A DNA stretch of 64,000 nt from the human T2T-CHM13v2.0 reference genome, Homo sapiens: the NCBI RefSeq assembly GCF_009914755.1, contig NC_060933.1; one strand, written 5' to 3'. Under the pieces are notes generated by a model. It saw only the letters and a program-made list of their open reading frames with translations. It was not told where the DNA came from and made no database searches. A program made the translations under genes and the position numbers. This document shows positions 39,701-53,630 of this stretch, in pieces (the first letter of the stretch is position 1; each line of letters opens with the position of its first letter).

Positions 39701-42700
39701 TCCATTCCATTCCATTCCGTTCCGTTCCGTTCCATTCCATTCCATTCCATTCTATTCGGGTTAATTCCATTCCATTCCATTGCATTCCATTCCATTCCAT
39801 TCCAATCGAGTTGATTCCATTCCATTCCATTCCATTCCATTCCACTCGATTCCAGTCCTTTCCATTTCATTCCACTCGGGTTGATTCCATTCTATTCCTT
39901 TCCATTCCATTCCATTCCGTTGCAATCGAGTTGATTCCATTGCTTTGCATTCCATTCCATTCCATTCCATTCCGGATGATTCCATTCCATTGTATTCCAT
40001 TCCATTACATTCCCCTGCACTCGGGTTGATTCCATTCCATTCCACTCCATTCCGTTCCATTCCGTTCCATTCCGTTGTATTCGGGTTAATTCCATTCCAT
40101 TCCATTCCATTCCATTCCATTCCATTCCATTCCATTAAAATAGAGTTGATTCCATTCCATTCCATTCCAGTCCTTTCCATTCCATTCCACTCGGGTTGAT
40201 TCCTTTCTATTAGTTTCCATTCCATTCCATTCCCTTCCATTCCACTCTGGCTGATTCCATTCTTTTCCATTCCACTCGAATACATTCCCTCCTATTCCAC
40301 TCGGAACGATTCCATTCCATTCCATTCCATTCCATTCCATTCCATTCCATTCCATTCCATTCCATTTCGTTCCATTCCATTCTATTCCACTCGTGTTGAT
40401 TCCATTCCTTTCCATTCCATTCGGTTTGAAGGCATTCCATTCCATTCAATTCCATTCCATTTCATTCCATTCCATTCCATTCCATTCCATTCCATTGCAT
40501 TCCATTCCATTCCATTCCATTGTACTCGGGTTGATTCCATTCCATTGCATTCCATTCCATTCCATTCCAATCCATTCCATTCCATTCCATTCCATTCCGT
40601 TGGTTTCCATTCCATTACATTCGGATTGATTCTATTCAACTCCCTTACTCTCCATTACATTCCATTCCATTCGGGTTGTTCCATTCCATTCCATTCCATT
40701 CCACTCCATTCCATTGCACTCGGGTTGATTCCATTCCATTCCATTCCATTCCATTCCATTCCATTCCATTCCATTCCGGATGATTCCATTCCATTGCATT
40801 CCGTTCCATTCCATTCCCCTGCACTCGCGTTGATTCCATTCCATTCCATTCCATTCAATTCCATTCCATTACAATTCGTTCCATTCCATTCTATTCCGTA
40901 GCAATCCATTCCATTCCATACCATTCCATTCCATTCCATTCCATTGCATTCCATTCCATTCCGTTCCATTCCGTTCCATTCCATTCCATTCCATTCTATT
41001 CGGGTTAATTCCATTCCATTCCATTCCATTCCATTCGATTCCATTCTATTCCATTCCATTGCAATCGAGTTGAATCCATTGCATTTCATTCCATTCCATT
41101 CCATTCCATTCCATTCCATTCCATTCCTTTCCATTACATTACGGATGATTCCATTCCACTTCATTCCATTCCATTCCTTTCCATTACATTACGGATGATT
41201 CCATTCCATTTCATTCCATTCCATTCCATTCCCCAGTACTCGGGTTGATGCCATTCCATTCCATTCCAATCCATGGCATTCCACTCGTGTTGATTCCATT
41301 CTTTCCATTCCATTCAAGATGAATCCATTCCATTGCATTCCATTCCATTCGATTCCATTCGTTTGCACTCGTGTTGATTCCATGGCATTGCATTCCATTC
41401 CGTTCCATTCCATTCCTTTCCATTCCATTCCATTCCTTTCCATTCCATTCCATTCCATTCGGATTCATTCTATTCAATTCCCTTACACTCCATTACGTTA
41501 CATTCCATTCGTGTTGTTCCATTCCATTCCGTTCCATTTCACTCCATTCCATTGCACTCGGGTTGATTCCATTCCATTCCATTCCATTCCATTCCGGATG
41601 ATTCCATTCCATTGCATTCCGTTCTATTCCATTCCCCTGCACTCGCGCTGATTCCATTCCATTCCATTCCATTCCATTCAATTCCATTCCATTACAATTC
41701 GTTCCATTCCATTCTATTCCGTACCATTCCATTCAATTCCATACCATTCCATTCCATTCCATTCCATTCCATTCCATTCAGTTCCATTCCGTTCCATTCC
41801 ATTCCATTCCATTCTATTTGGGTTAATTCCATTCCATTCCATTCCATTCCATTCCATTCCATTCCATTCTATTCCATTCCATTGCAATCGAGTTGAATCC
41901 ATTGCATTTCATTCCATTCCATTCCATTCCATTCCATTCCATTCCGGAAAATTCCATTCCATTGCATTCCTTTCATTCCATTCCCCTGCACTCGCGTTGA
42001 TTCCATTCCATTCCATTCCATTCCATTCCATTCCATTCCGTTCCGTTCCGTACCATTCCATTCCATTCCATTCCATTCCATTTCGTTCCGTTCCATTCCA
42101 TTCCATTCCATTCTATTCGGGTTAATTCCATTCCATTCCATTCGATTGCAATCCAGTTGATTCCATTCCATTCCATTCCATTCCATTCCATTCCATTCCA
42201 TTCCAATACGGATGATTCCATTCCATTGCATTCCATTCCATTCCATTCCCCTGTACTCGGGTTGACTCCATTCCCTTCCATTCCAATCCATGCCATTCCA
42301 CTCGTGTTGATTCCATTCTTTCCATTCCATTCAAGTTGAATCCATTCCATTGCATTCCATTCCATTCCATTCCCCTGCAATCGGGTTGATTCCATTCCAT
42401 TCCATTCCATTCCATTCCATTCCATTCCATTCCGTTCCGTTCCGTTCCGTTCTGTTCCATTCCATTCCATTCCATTCTATTCGGTTTAATTCCATTCCAT
42501 TCCATTCCATTCCATTCCATTCCATTCCATTCCAATCGAGTTGATTCCATTCCATTCCATTCCACTCCATTCCAGTCCTTTCCATTCCATTCCACTCGGG
42601 TTGATTCCATTCTATTCCTTTCCATTCCATTCCATTCCATTGCAATCGAGTTGATTCCATTGCTTTGCATTCCATTCCATTCCATTCCATTCCGGATGAT

Positions 42701-44440
42701 TCCATTCCATTGCATTCCTTTCCATTCCATTCCCCTGCACTCGGGTTGATTCCATTCCATTCCACTCCATTCCGTTCCATTCCATTCCATTGCATTGTAT
42801 TCGGGTTAATTCCATTCCATTCCATTCCATTCCATTCCATTCCATTCCATTACAATCGAGTTGATCCCATTCCATTCCATTCCATTCCAGTCCTTTCCAT
42901 TCCATTCCACTCAGGTTGATTCCATTCTATTAGTTTCCATTCCATTCCATTCCCTTCCATTCCACTCTGGTTGATTCCATTCCTTTCCATTCCACTCGTA
43001 TACATTCCCTCCTATTCCACTCGGAACGATTCCTTTCCATTCCATTCCATTCCATTCCATTCCATTCCATTCCATTTCTTTCCATTCCATTCTTTTCCGT
43101 ACCATTCCATTCCATTCCATTCCATTCCTTTCCATTCCACTCGTGTTGATTCCATTCCTTTCCATTCCATTCGGTTTGAAGGCATTCCATTCCATTCCAT
43201 TCCATTCCATTCCATTCCATTCCATTCCATTCCATTGTACTCGGGTTGATTCCATTCCATTGCATTCCATTCCATTCCATTCCATTCCATTCCGTTGCAT
43301 TCCATTCCATTACATTCTGATTGACTCTATTCAACACCCTTACTCTCCATTACATTCCATTTCATTCGGGTTGTTCCATTCCATTCCATTCCATTCCACT
43401 CCATTCCATTGCACTCGGGTTGATTCCATTCCATTCCATTCCATTCCATTCCATTCCATTCCTTTCCATTACATTACGGATGATTCCATTCCATTGCATT
43501 CCATTCCATTCCATTCACCTGTACTCGGGTTGATTCCATTCCATTCCATTCCATTCCATGCCATTCCACTCGTGTTGATTCCATTCTTTCCATTCCATTC
43601 AATTTGAATAAATTCTATTGCATTCCATTCCATTCGATTCCATTCGATGGCACTCGGGTTGATTCCATTCCATTGCATTCCATTCCATTCCATTCCATTC
43701 CATTCCGTTCCATTCCATTCCATTACATTCGGATTGATTCTATTCAATTCCCTTACACTCCATTACATTCCATTCCATTCGGGTAGTTTCCATTCCGTTC
43801 CATTCCATTCCTCTCCATTCCATTGCACTCGGGTTGATTCCATTCCATTCCATTCCATTCCATTCCATTACATTCCACTCCGGATGATTCCATTCCATTG
43901 AATTCCATTCCATTCCATTCCCCTGCACTTGGGTTGATTCCATTCCATTCCATTCCATTCCTTTCCGTTCCATTCCATTCCATTCCATTCCATTCCATTC
44001 CATTCCATTCCATTCTATTTGTGTTAATTCCATTCCATTCTGTTCCATTTCATTCCATTGAAATCGAGTTGATTCCATTCCATTCCATTCCATTCCTTTC
44101 CATTCCATTCCGGATGATTCCATTCCATTGCATTCCATTCCATTCCATTCCCCTGCACTTGGGTTGAATCCATTCCATTCCATTCCATTACATTCCGTTC
44201 CATTCCATTCCATTCCATTCTATTCGGGTTAATTCCATTCCATTCCATTCCACTCCATTCCCGTCCTTTCCATTCCATTCCACTCGGGTTGATTCCATTC
44301 TATTCCTTTCCATTCCATTCCATTCCATTGCAATCGAGTTGATTCCATTCGAGTTGTATCCATTCCATTCCATTCCATTCCATTACATTGCACACGGTTT
44401 CATTCCATTCCATTCCATTCCATTCCATTCCATTCCATTC
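33796..44440 (+). repeat. ~10.67 kb tandem duplication, copy 2
   Basis: Colinear with copy 1 through CACACGGTTTCATT (33753 vs 44391). It lacks 45 bp (copy 1 29721-29765) at about 40388. The exact junction lies in a pure CATTC run and is ambiguous. Confidence 0.92.
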
Positions 44441-46200
44441 CATTTCATTCCATTCCATTCTATTCCGTAACATTCCATTCCATCCCATTCCATTCCATTC
44501 CATTCCATTCCATTCCATGCCATTACACTCGGGTTGATTCCATTCCTTTCCATTCCATTCTTGTTGAATCCATTCCATTCCATTCCATTCCATTCGAATC
44601 CGTTCCATTGCACTCGGGTTGATTCCATTCCATTGCATTCCATTCCATTTCATTCCGTTCCATTCCATTACATTCGGATTGATTCTATTCAATTCCCTTA
44701 CACTCCATTACATTCAATTCCATTCGGGATGTTTCCATTCCATTCCATTCCATTCCACTCCATTCCATTGCATTGGGTTGATTCCATTCCATTCCATTCC
44801 ATTCCATTCCGGATGATTCCATTCCATTGCATTCCATTCCATTCCATTCCCCTGCACTCGGGTTGATTACATTCCACTCCATTCCCTTCCATTCCTTTCC
44901 ATTCCATTCCATTGCATTGCAATCGAGTTGATTCCATTCCATTCCATTCCATTCCATTCCATTCCATTCCATTCCGGATTATTCCATTCCATTGCATTCC
45001 ATTCCATTCCATTCCCCTGCACTCGGGTTGATTTCATTCCATTTCATTCCATTACATTCCATTCCATTCCATTCCATTCCATTCTATTCGGGTTAATTCC
45101 ATTCCATTTCATTCCATTCCATTCCATTCCATTCCATTCCATTCCATTGCAATCGAGTTGATTCCATTCCATTCCATTCCATTCCATTCCATTCCATTCC
45201 AATCGATTTGATTCCATTCCATTCCATTCCATTCCAGTCCATTCCAGTCCTTTCCATTCCATTCCACTCGGGTTGATTCCATTCTATTACTTTCCATTCC
45301 ATTCCATTCCATTCGAATCCATTCCATTGCACTCGGTTTGATTCCATTCCATTCCATTCCATTCCATTTCATTCCATTACATTCCATTACTTTCGGACTG
45401 ATTCTATTCAATTCCCTTACACTCCATTACATTCCATTCCATTCGGGATTTTTCCATTCCATTCCATTGCATCGGGTTCATTCCATTAAATTCCATTCCA
45501 TTCCATTCCGGAAGATTCCATTCCATTGCATTCAATTCCATTCCATTCCCCTGCACTTGGGTTGATTACATTCCATTCCATTCCCTTCCATTCCTTTCCT
45601 TTCCATTCCATTCCATTCTATTCGCGTTAATTCCATTCCATTCCATTCCATTCCAATCCATTGCATCGGTTTCATTCCATTCCATTCCATTCCATTCCGG
45701 ATGATTCCATTCCATTGCATTCAATTCCATTCCATTACCCTGCACTTGGGTTGATTACATTCCATTCCATTCCCTTCCATTCCATTCCATTGTATTCGGG
45801 TTAATTCCATTCCTTTCCATTCCATTCCATTCCATTCCATTCCATTCCATTCCATTCCATTGCAATCGAGTTGATTCCATTCCATTCCTTTCCATTCCAT
45901 TCCATTGCCTTGCATTCCAATCGGGTGGATTCCATTCCTTTCTTTCCACTCCATTACATTCCCTTCCATTCCACTCGGAATGATTGATTCCATTCCATTC
46001 CATTCCATTTCATTCCATTGCAATCCATTCCAATCCATTCCATTCCATTCCACTCGAGTTGATTTCATTCCATTCCTTTCCATTCCATTCCATTCCTTTC
46101 CACTCGAGTTGATTCCATTCCATTCCATTCCATTGCATTCCATTCCATGCCATTCCACTCGGGTTGATTCCATTCCTTTGCATTCCATTCCATTCCATTC
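44441..46200 (+). repeat. Diverged HSat3 island without a close paralogue in the window
   Basis: Many singleton words (CGTAAC, CTTGTTGAA, CGGGATGTTT, GCATTGGG, CCGGATTATT, TACTTTCGGACTG, GGAATGATTG). Lacks the domain-R CTCGCGTTG/TTACGGATG/TCAAG grammar. Confidence 0.65.
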
Positions 46201-49200
46201 CATTCCATTCCATTCCGTTGCATTCCATTCCATTACATTCGGATTGATTCTATTCAACTCCTTCACTCTCCATTACATTCCATTCCATTTGGGTTGTTCC
46301 TTTCCATTCCATTCCATTGCACTCCATTCCATTGCACTCAGGATGACTCCATTCCATTCCATTCCATTCCATTCCATTCCGGATGATTCCATTCCATTGC
46401 ATTCCGTTCCGTTACATTCCCCTGCACTCGCGTTGATTCCATTCCATTCCATTCCATTCCATTCAATTCCATTCCATTACAATTCGTTCCATTCCATTCT
46501 ATTCCGTACCATTCCATTCCATTCCATACCATTCCATTCCATTCCATTCCATTCCATTCCATTCCATTCCGTTCCATTCCGTTCCATTCCATTTCATTCC
46601 ATTCTATTTGGGTTAATTCCATTCCATTCCATTCCATTCCATTCCATTCTATTCCATTCCATTGCAATCGAGTTGAATCCATTGCATTTCATTGCATTCC
46701 ATTCCATTCCATTCCATTCCATTCCATTCCGGAAGATTCCATTCCATTGCATTCCATTCCATTCCATTCCCCTGCACTCGCATTGATTCCATTCCATTCC
46801 ATTCCATTCCATTCCATTCCGTTCCGTTCCGTTCCGTTCTATTCCGTTCCATTCCATTCCATTCCATTCCATTCCATTCCGTTCCGTTCCATTCCATTCC
46901 ATTCCATTCTATTCGGGTTAATTCCATTCCATTCCATTCGATTGCAATCGTGTTGATTCCATTCCATTCCATTCCATTCCATTCCATTCCATTCCATTCC
47001 ATTCCTTTCCATTCCATTACGGATGATTCCATTCCATTGCATTCCATTCCATTCCATTCCCCTGTACTCGGGTTGATTCCATTCCATTGCATTCCAATCC
47101 ATGCCCTTCCACTCGTGTTGATTCCATTCTTTCCATTCCATTCAAGTTGAATCCATTCCATTGCATTCCATTCCATTCGATTCCATTCGGTTGCACTCGG
47201 GTTGATTCCATTCCATTGCATTCCATTCCATTCCATTCCATTCCATTCCATTCCGTTCCATTCCATTCCATTACATTCGGATTGATTCTATTCAATTCCC
47301 TTACACTCCATTACATTACATTCCATTCGGGTAGTTTCCATTCCATTCCATTCCATTCCTCTCCATACCATTGCACTCGGGTTGATTCCATTCCATTGCA
47401 TTCCATTCCACTCCATTCAAATCCATTCCGTTCCATTCCATTCCATTACATTCGGATTGCTTCTATTCATCTCCCTTAGTCTCTATTACATTCCATTCCA
47501 TTCAGGTTGTTCCATTCCATTCCATTCCATTCCACTCCATTCCATTGCACTCGGGTTGATTCCATTCCATTCCATTCCATTCCATTCCATTCCATTCCGG
47601 AAGATTCCATTCCATTGCATTCCATTCCATTCCATTCCCCTGCACTCGCGTTGATTCCATTCCATTCCATTCCATTCCATTCCATTCCTTTCTATTCCAT
47701 TCCATTCCATTCCATTCCATTCCGTTCCGTTACGTTCCATTCCATTCCATTCCATTCTATTCTGGTTAATTCCATTCCATTCCATTCGATTGCAATCGAG
47801 TTGATTCCATTCCATTCCATTCCATTCCATTCCATTCCATTCCATTCCTTTCCATTCCATTACGGATGATTCCATTCCATTGCATTCTATTCCATTCCAT
47901 TCCCCTGTACTCGGGTTGATTCCATTCCATTCCATTCCAATCCATGCCATTCCACTCGTGTTGATTCCATTCTTTCCATTCCATTCAAGTTGAATCCATT
48001 CCATTGCATTCCATTCTATTCCATTCCCCTGCAGCCGGGTTAATTCCATTCCATTCCATTCCATTCCATTCCATTCCATTCCATTCCATTCCGTTCTGTT
48101 CCATTCCATTCCATTCCTTTCTATTCGGGTTAATTCCATTCCATTCCATTCCATTCCATTCCATTCCATTCCATTCCAATCGAGTTGATTCCATTCCATT
48201 CCATTCCATTCCATTCCATTCCATTCCACTCCATTCCAGTCCTTTCCATTCCATTCCACTCGGGTTGATTCCAATGTATTCCTTTCCATTCCATTCCATT
48301 CCATTGCAATCGAGTTGATTCCATTGCTTTGCATTCGATTCCATTCCATTCCATTCCGGATGATTCCATTCCATTGCATTCCATTCCATTCCATTCCCCT
48401 GCACTCGGGTTGATTCCATTCCATTCCACTCCATTCCGTTCCATTCCATTCCATTCCATTTTATTCGGGTTAATTCCATTCCATTCCATTCCATTACAAT
48501 CGAGTTGATTCCATTCCATTCCATTCCATTCCAGTCCTTTCCATTCCATTCCACTCGGGTTGATTGCATTCTATTAGTTTCCATTCCATTCCATTCCCTT
48601 CCATTCCACTCTGCTTGATCCCATTACTTTGCATTCCACTCGAATACATTCCCTCCTATTCCACTCGGAACGATTCCATTCCATTCCATTCCATTCCATT
48701 CCATTCCATTCCATTCCATTTCGTTCCATTCCATTCTGTTCCGTATCATTCCATTCCATTCCATTCCATTCCATTCCATTGTACTCGGGTTGGTTCCATT
48801 CCATTGCATTCCGTTCCATTCCATTGCATTCCATTCCAGTCCGTTGCATTGCATTCCATTACATTTGGATTGATTCTATTCAACTCCCTTACTCTCCATT
48901 ACATTCCATTCCATTCGGGTTGTTCCATTCCATTCCATTCCATTCCACTCCATTCCATTGCACTCGGGTTGATTCCATTCCATTCCATTCCATTCCATTC
49001 CATTCCATTCCATTCCATTCCGGATGATTCCATTCCATTACATTCCGTTCCATTACATTCCCCTGTACTCGCGTTGATTCCATTCCATTCCATTCCATTC
49101 CATTCAATTCCATTCCATTACAATTCGTTCCATTCCATTCTATTCCGTACCATTCCATTCCATTGCATACCATTCCATTCCATTCCATTCCATTCCGTTC

Positions 49201-51289
49201 CATTCCGTTCCATTCCATTCCATTCCATTCTATTCGGATTAATTCCATTCCATTACATTCCATTCCATTCTATTCCATTCCATTGCAATCGAGTTGAATC
49301 CATTGCATTTCATTCCATTCCATTCCATTCCATTCCATTCCGGAAGATTCCATTCCATTGCATTCCATTCCATTCCATTCCCCTGCACTCGCGTTGATTC
49401 CATTCCATTCCATTCCATTCCATTCCGTTCCGTTCCATTCCATTCCATTCCATTCCATTCCGTTCCGTTCCATTCCATTCCATTCCATTCTATTCGGGTT
49501 AATTGCATTCCATTCCATTCGATTGCAATCGAGTTGATTCCATTCCATTCCATTCCATTCCATTCCATTCCATTCCATTCTTTTCCATTCCATTACGGAT
49601 GATTCCATTCCATTGCATTCCATTCCATTCCATTCCCCTGTACTCGGGTTGATTCCATTCCATTCCATTCCAATCCATGCCATTCCACTCGTGTTGATTC
49701 CATTCTTTCCATTCCATTCAAGTCGATTCCATTCCATTGCATTCCATTCCATTCGATTCCATTCGATTGCACTCGGGTTGATTCCATTCCATTACATTCC
49801 ATTCCATTCCATTCGATTCCATTCCATTCCATTCCGTTCCATTCCATTCCATTACATTCGGATTGATTCTATTCAACTCCCTTACTCTCCATTACATTCC
49901 ATTCCATTCGGGTTGTTCCATTCCATTCCATTCCATTCCACTCCATTCCATTGGACTCGGGTTGATTCCATTCCATTCCATTCCATTCCATTCCATTCCG
50001 GAAGATTCCATTCCATTGCATTCCATTCCATTCTATTCCATTCCATTCCGTTCCGTTCCGTTCCGTTCCATTCCATTCCATTCCATTCCATTCTATTCGG
50101 GTTAATTCCATTCCATTCCATTCGATTGCAATAGAGTTGATTCCATTCCATTCCATTCCATTCCATTCCATTCCATTCCATTCCTTTCCATTCCTTTACG
50201 GATGATTCCATTCCATTGCATTCCATTCCATTCCATTCCCCTGTACTCGGGTTGATTCCATTCCATTCCATTCCAATCCATGCCCTTCCACTCGTGTTGA
50301 TTCCATTATTTCTATTCCATTCTAGTTGAATCCATTCCATTGCATTCCATTCCATTCTATTCCATTCGATTGCACCCGGGTTGATTCCATTCCATTGCAT
50401 TCCATTGCATTCCATTCCATTCCATTCCATTCCACTCCATTCCATTGCACTCGGGTTTGTTCCATTCCATTCCATTCCATTCCATTCCATTCCATTCCAT
50501 TTCATTCCATTCCGGAAGATTCCATTCCATTGCATTCCATTCCATTCCATTCCCCTGCACTCGCGTTGATTCCATTCCATTCCATTCCATTCCATTCCAT
50601 TCCATTCCATTCCTTTCCGTTCCATTCCATTCCATTCCATTCCATTCCATTCCGTTCCGTTCCGTTCCGTTCCATTCCATTCCATTCCATTCTATTCGGG
50701 TTAATTCCATTCCATTCCATTCGATTGCAATCGAGTTGATTCCATTCCATTCCATTCCATTCCATTCCATTCCATTCCATTCCATTCCTTTCCATTCCAT
50801 TACGGATGATTCCATTCCATTGCATTACATTCCATTCCATTCCCCTGTACTCGGGTTGATTCCATTCCATTCCATTCCATTCCATTCCATTCCGGATGAT
50901 TCCATTCCATTGCATTCCGTTCCATTACATTCCCCTGCACTCGCGTTGATTCCATTACATTCCATTCCATTCCATTCAATTCCATTCCATTACAATTCGT
51001 TCCATTCCATTCTTTTCCGTACCATTCCATTCCATTACATACCATTCCATTCCATTCCATTCCATTCCGTTCCATTCCGTTCCATTCCATTCCATTCCAT
51101 TCTATTCGGATTAATTCCATTCCATTCCATTCCTTTCCATTCTATTCCATTCCATTGCAATCGAGTTGAATCCATTGCATTTCATTCCATTCCATTCCAT
51201 TCCATTCCATTCCGGAAGATTCCATTCCATTGCATTCCATTCCATTCCATTCGCCTGCGTTCGCATTGATTCCATTCCATTCCATTCAA

Positions 51290-53630
51290 TTCCATTCTGT
51301 TCCATTCCATTCCATTATATTCGGATTGATTCTACTCAACTCCCTTACTCTCCATTATATTCCATTCCATTCGGGTTGTTCCATTCCATTCCATTCCATT
51401 CCACTCCATTCCATTGCACTCGGGTTTGTTCCATTCCATTCCATTCCATTCCATTCCATTCCATTCCGGAAGATTCCATTCCATTGCATTCCATTCCATT
51501 CCATTCCCCTGCACTCGCGTTGATTCCATTCCATTCCATTCCATTCCATTCCTTTCCGTTCCATTCCATTCCATTCCATTCCATTCCGTTCCGTTCCGTT
51601 CCGTTCCGTTCCATTCCATTCCATTGCATTCTATTCGGGTTAATTCCATTCCATTCCATTCGATTGCAATCGAGTTGATTCCATTCCATTCCATTCCATT
51701 CCATTCCATTCCATTCCTTTCCATTCCATTACGGATGATTCCATTCCATTGCATTACATTCCATTCCATTCCCCTGAACTCGGGTTGATTCCATTCCATT
51801 CCATTAGATTCCATTCCATTCCGGATGATTCCATTCCATTGCATTCCCTTCCATTACATTCCCCTGCACTCGCGTTGATTCCATTCCATTCCATTCAATT
51901 CCATTCAATTCCATTCCATTACAATTCGTTCCATTCCATTCTATTCCGTACCATTCCATTCCATTGCATACCATTCCATTCCATTCCATTCCATTCCGTT
52001 CCATTCCGTTCCATTCCATTCCATTCCATTCTATTCGGATTAATTCCATTCCATTCCATTCCATTCCATTCTATTCCATTCCATTGCAATCGAGTTGAAT
52101 CCATTGCATTTCATTCCATTCCATTCCATTCCATTCCATTCCGGAAGATTCCATTCCATTGCATTCCATTCCATTCCATTCCCCTGCTTTCGCGTTGATT
52201 CCATTCCATTCCATTCCATTCCATTCCGTTCCGTTCCATTCCATTCCATTCCATTCCATTCCGTTCCGTTCCATTCCATTCCATTCCATTCTATTCGGGT
52301 TAATTCCATTCCATTCCATTCGATTGCAATCGAGTTGATTCCATTCCATTCCATTCCATTCCATTCCATTCCATTCCATTCCTTTCCATTCCATTACGGA
52401 TGATTCCATTCCATTGCATTCCATTCCATTCCATTCCCCTGTACTCGGGTTGATTCCATTCCATTCCATTCCAATCCATGCCATTCCACTCGTGTTGATT
52501 CCATTCTTTCCATTCCATTCAAGTTGATTCCATTCCATTGCATTCCATTCCATTCGATTCCATTCGATTGCACTCGGGTTGATTCCATTCCATTGCATTC
52601 CATTCCATTCCATTCGATTCCATTCCATTCCATTCCGTTCCATTCCATTCCATTCCGTTCGGATTGATTCTATTCAATTCCCTTACACTCCATTACATTA
52701 CATTCCATTCGGGTAGTTTCCATTCCATTCCATTCCATTCCTCTCCATTCCATTGCACTCGGGTTGATTCCATTCCATTGCATTCCATTCCATTCCATTC
52801 AATTCTATTCCGTTCCATTCCATTCCATTGCATTCGGATTGATTCTATTCAACTCCCTTACTCTCCATTACATTCCATTCCATTCGGGTTGTTCCATTCC
52901 ATTCCATTCCATTCCACTCCATTCCATTTGACTCGGGTTTATTCCATTCCATTCCATTCCATTCCATTCCATTCCATTCCGGAAGATGCCATTCCATTGC
53001 ATTCCATTCCATTCCATTCCCCTGCACTCGCGTTGATTCTATTCTATTCCATTCTATTCCATTCCATTCCCTTCCTTTCCGTTCCATTACATTCCATTCC
53101 ATTCCATTCCATTCCATTCCATTCCGTTCCGTTCCGTTCCATTCCATTCCATTCCATTCTATTCGGGTTAATTCCATTCCATTCCATTCGATTGCAATCG
53201 AGTGGATTCCATTCCATTCCATTCCATTCCATTCCATTCCTTTCCATTCCATTACGGATGATTCCATTCCATTGCATTCCATTCCATTCCATTCCCCTGT
53301 ACTCGGGTTGATTCCATTCCATTCCATTCCAATCCATGCCCTTCCACTCGTGTTGATTCCATTATTTCCATTCCATTCTAGTTGAATCCATTCCATTGCA
53401 TTCCATTCCATTCGATTCCATTCGATTGCACTCGGGTTGATTCCATTCCATTGCATTCCATTCCATTCCATTCCATTCCATTCCATTCCATTCCGTTCCA
53501 TTCCATTCCATTACATTCGGATTGATTCTATTCAACTCCCTTACTCTCCATTACGTTCGATTCCATTCTGGTTGTTCCATTCCATTCCATTCCATTCCAC
53601 TCCATTCCATTGCACTCGGGTTGATTCCAT
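51290..53630 (+). repeat. ~2.3 kb block repeated 10.36 kb downstream, copy A
   Basis: ORF offsets 10362 (51749/62111, 51919/62281) and 10367 (52394/62761, 52664/63031, 53044/63411). Private words CCATTTGACTCGGGTTT, GGAAGATGCC (52981/63348) and CGAGTGGATTCC. Confidence 0.85.

Noticed and set aside
47486-48454. Minus-strand (MEWNG)n ORFs up to 322 aa
   Set aside because: GAATG contains ATG in every unit, so starts are trivial. The G-rich strand is known to be transcribed as non-coding Sat III RNA under stress, but nothing in the sequence supports translation; ribosome profiling or proteomics would be required.
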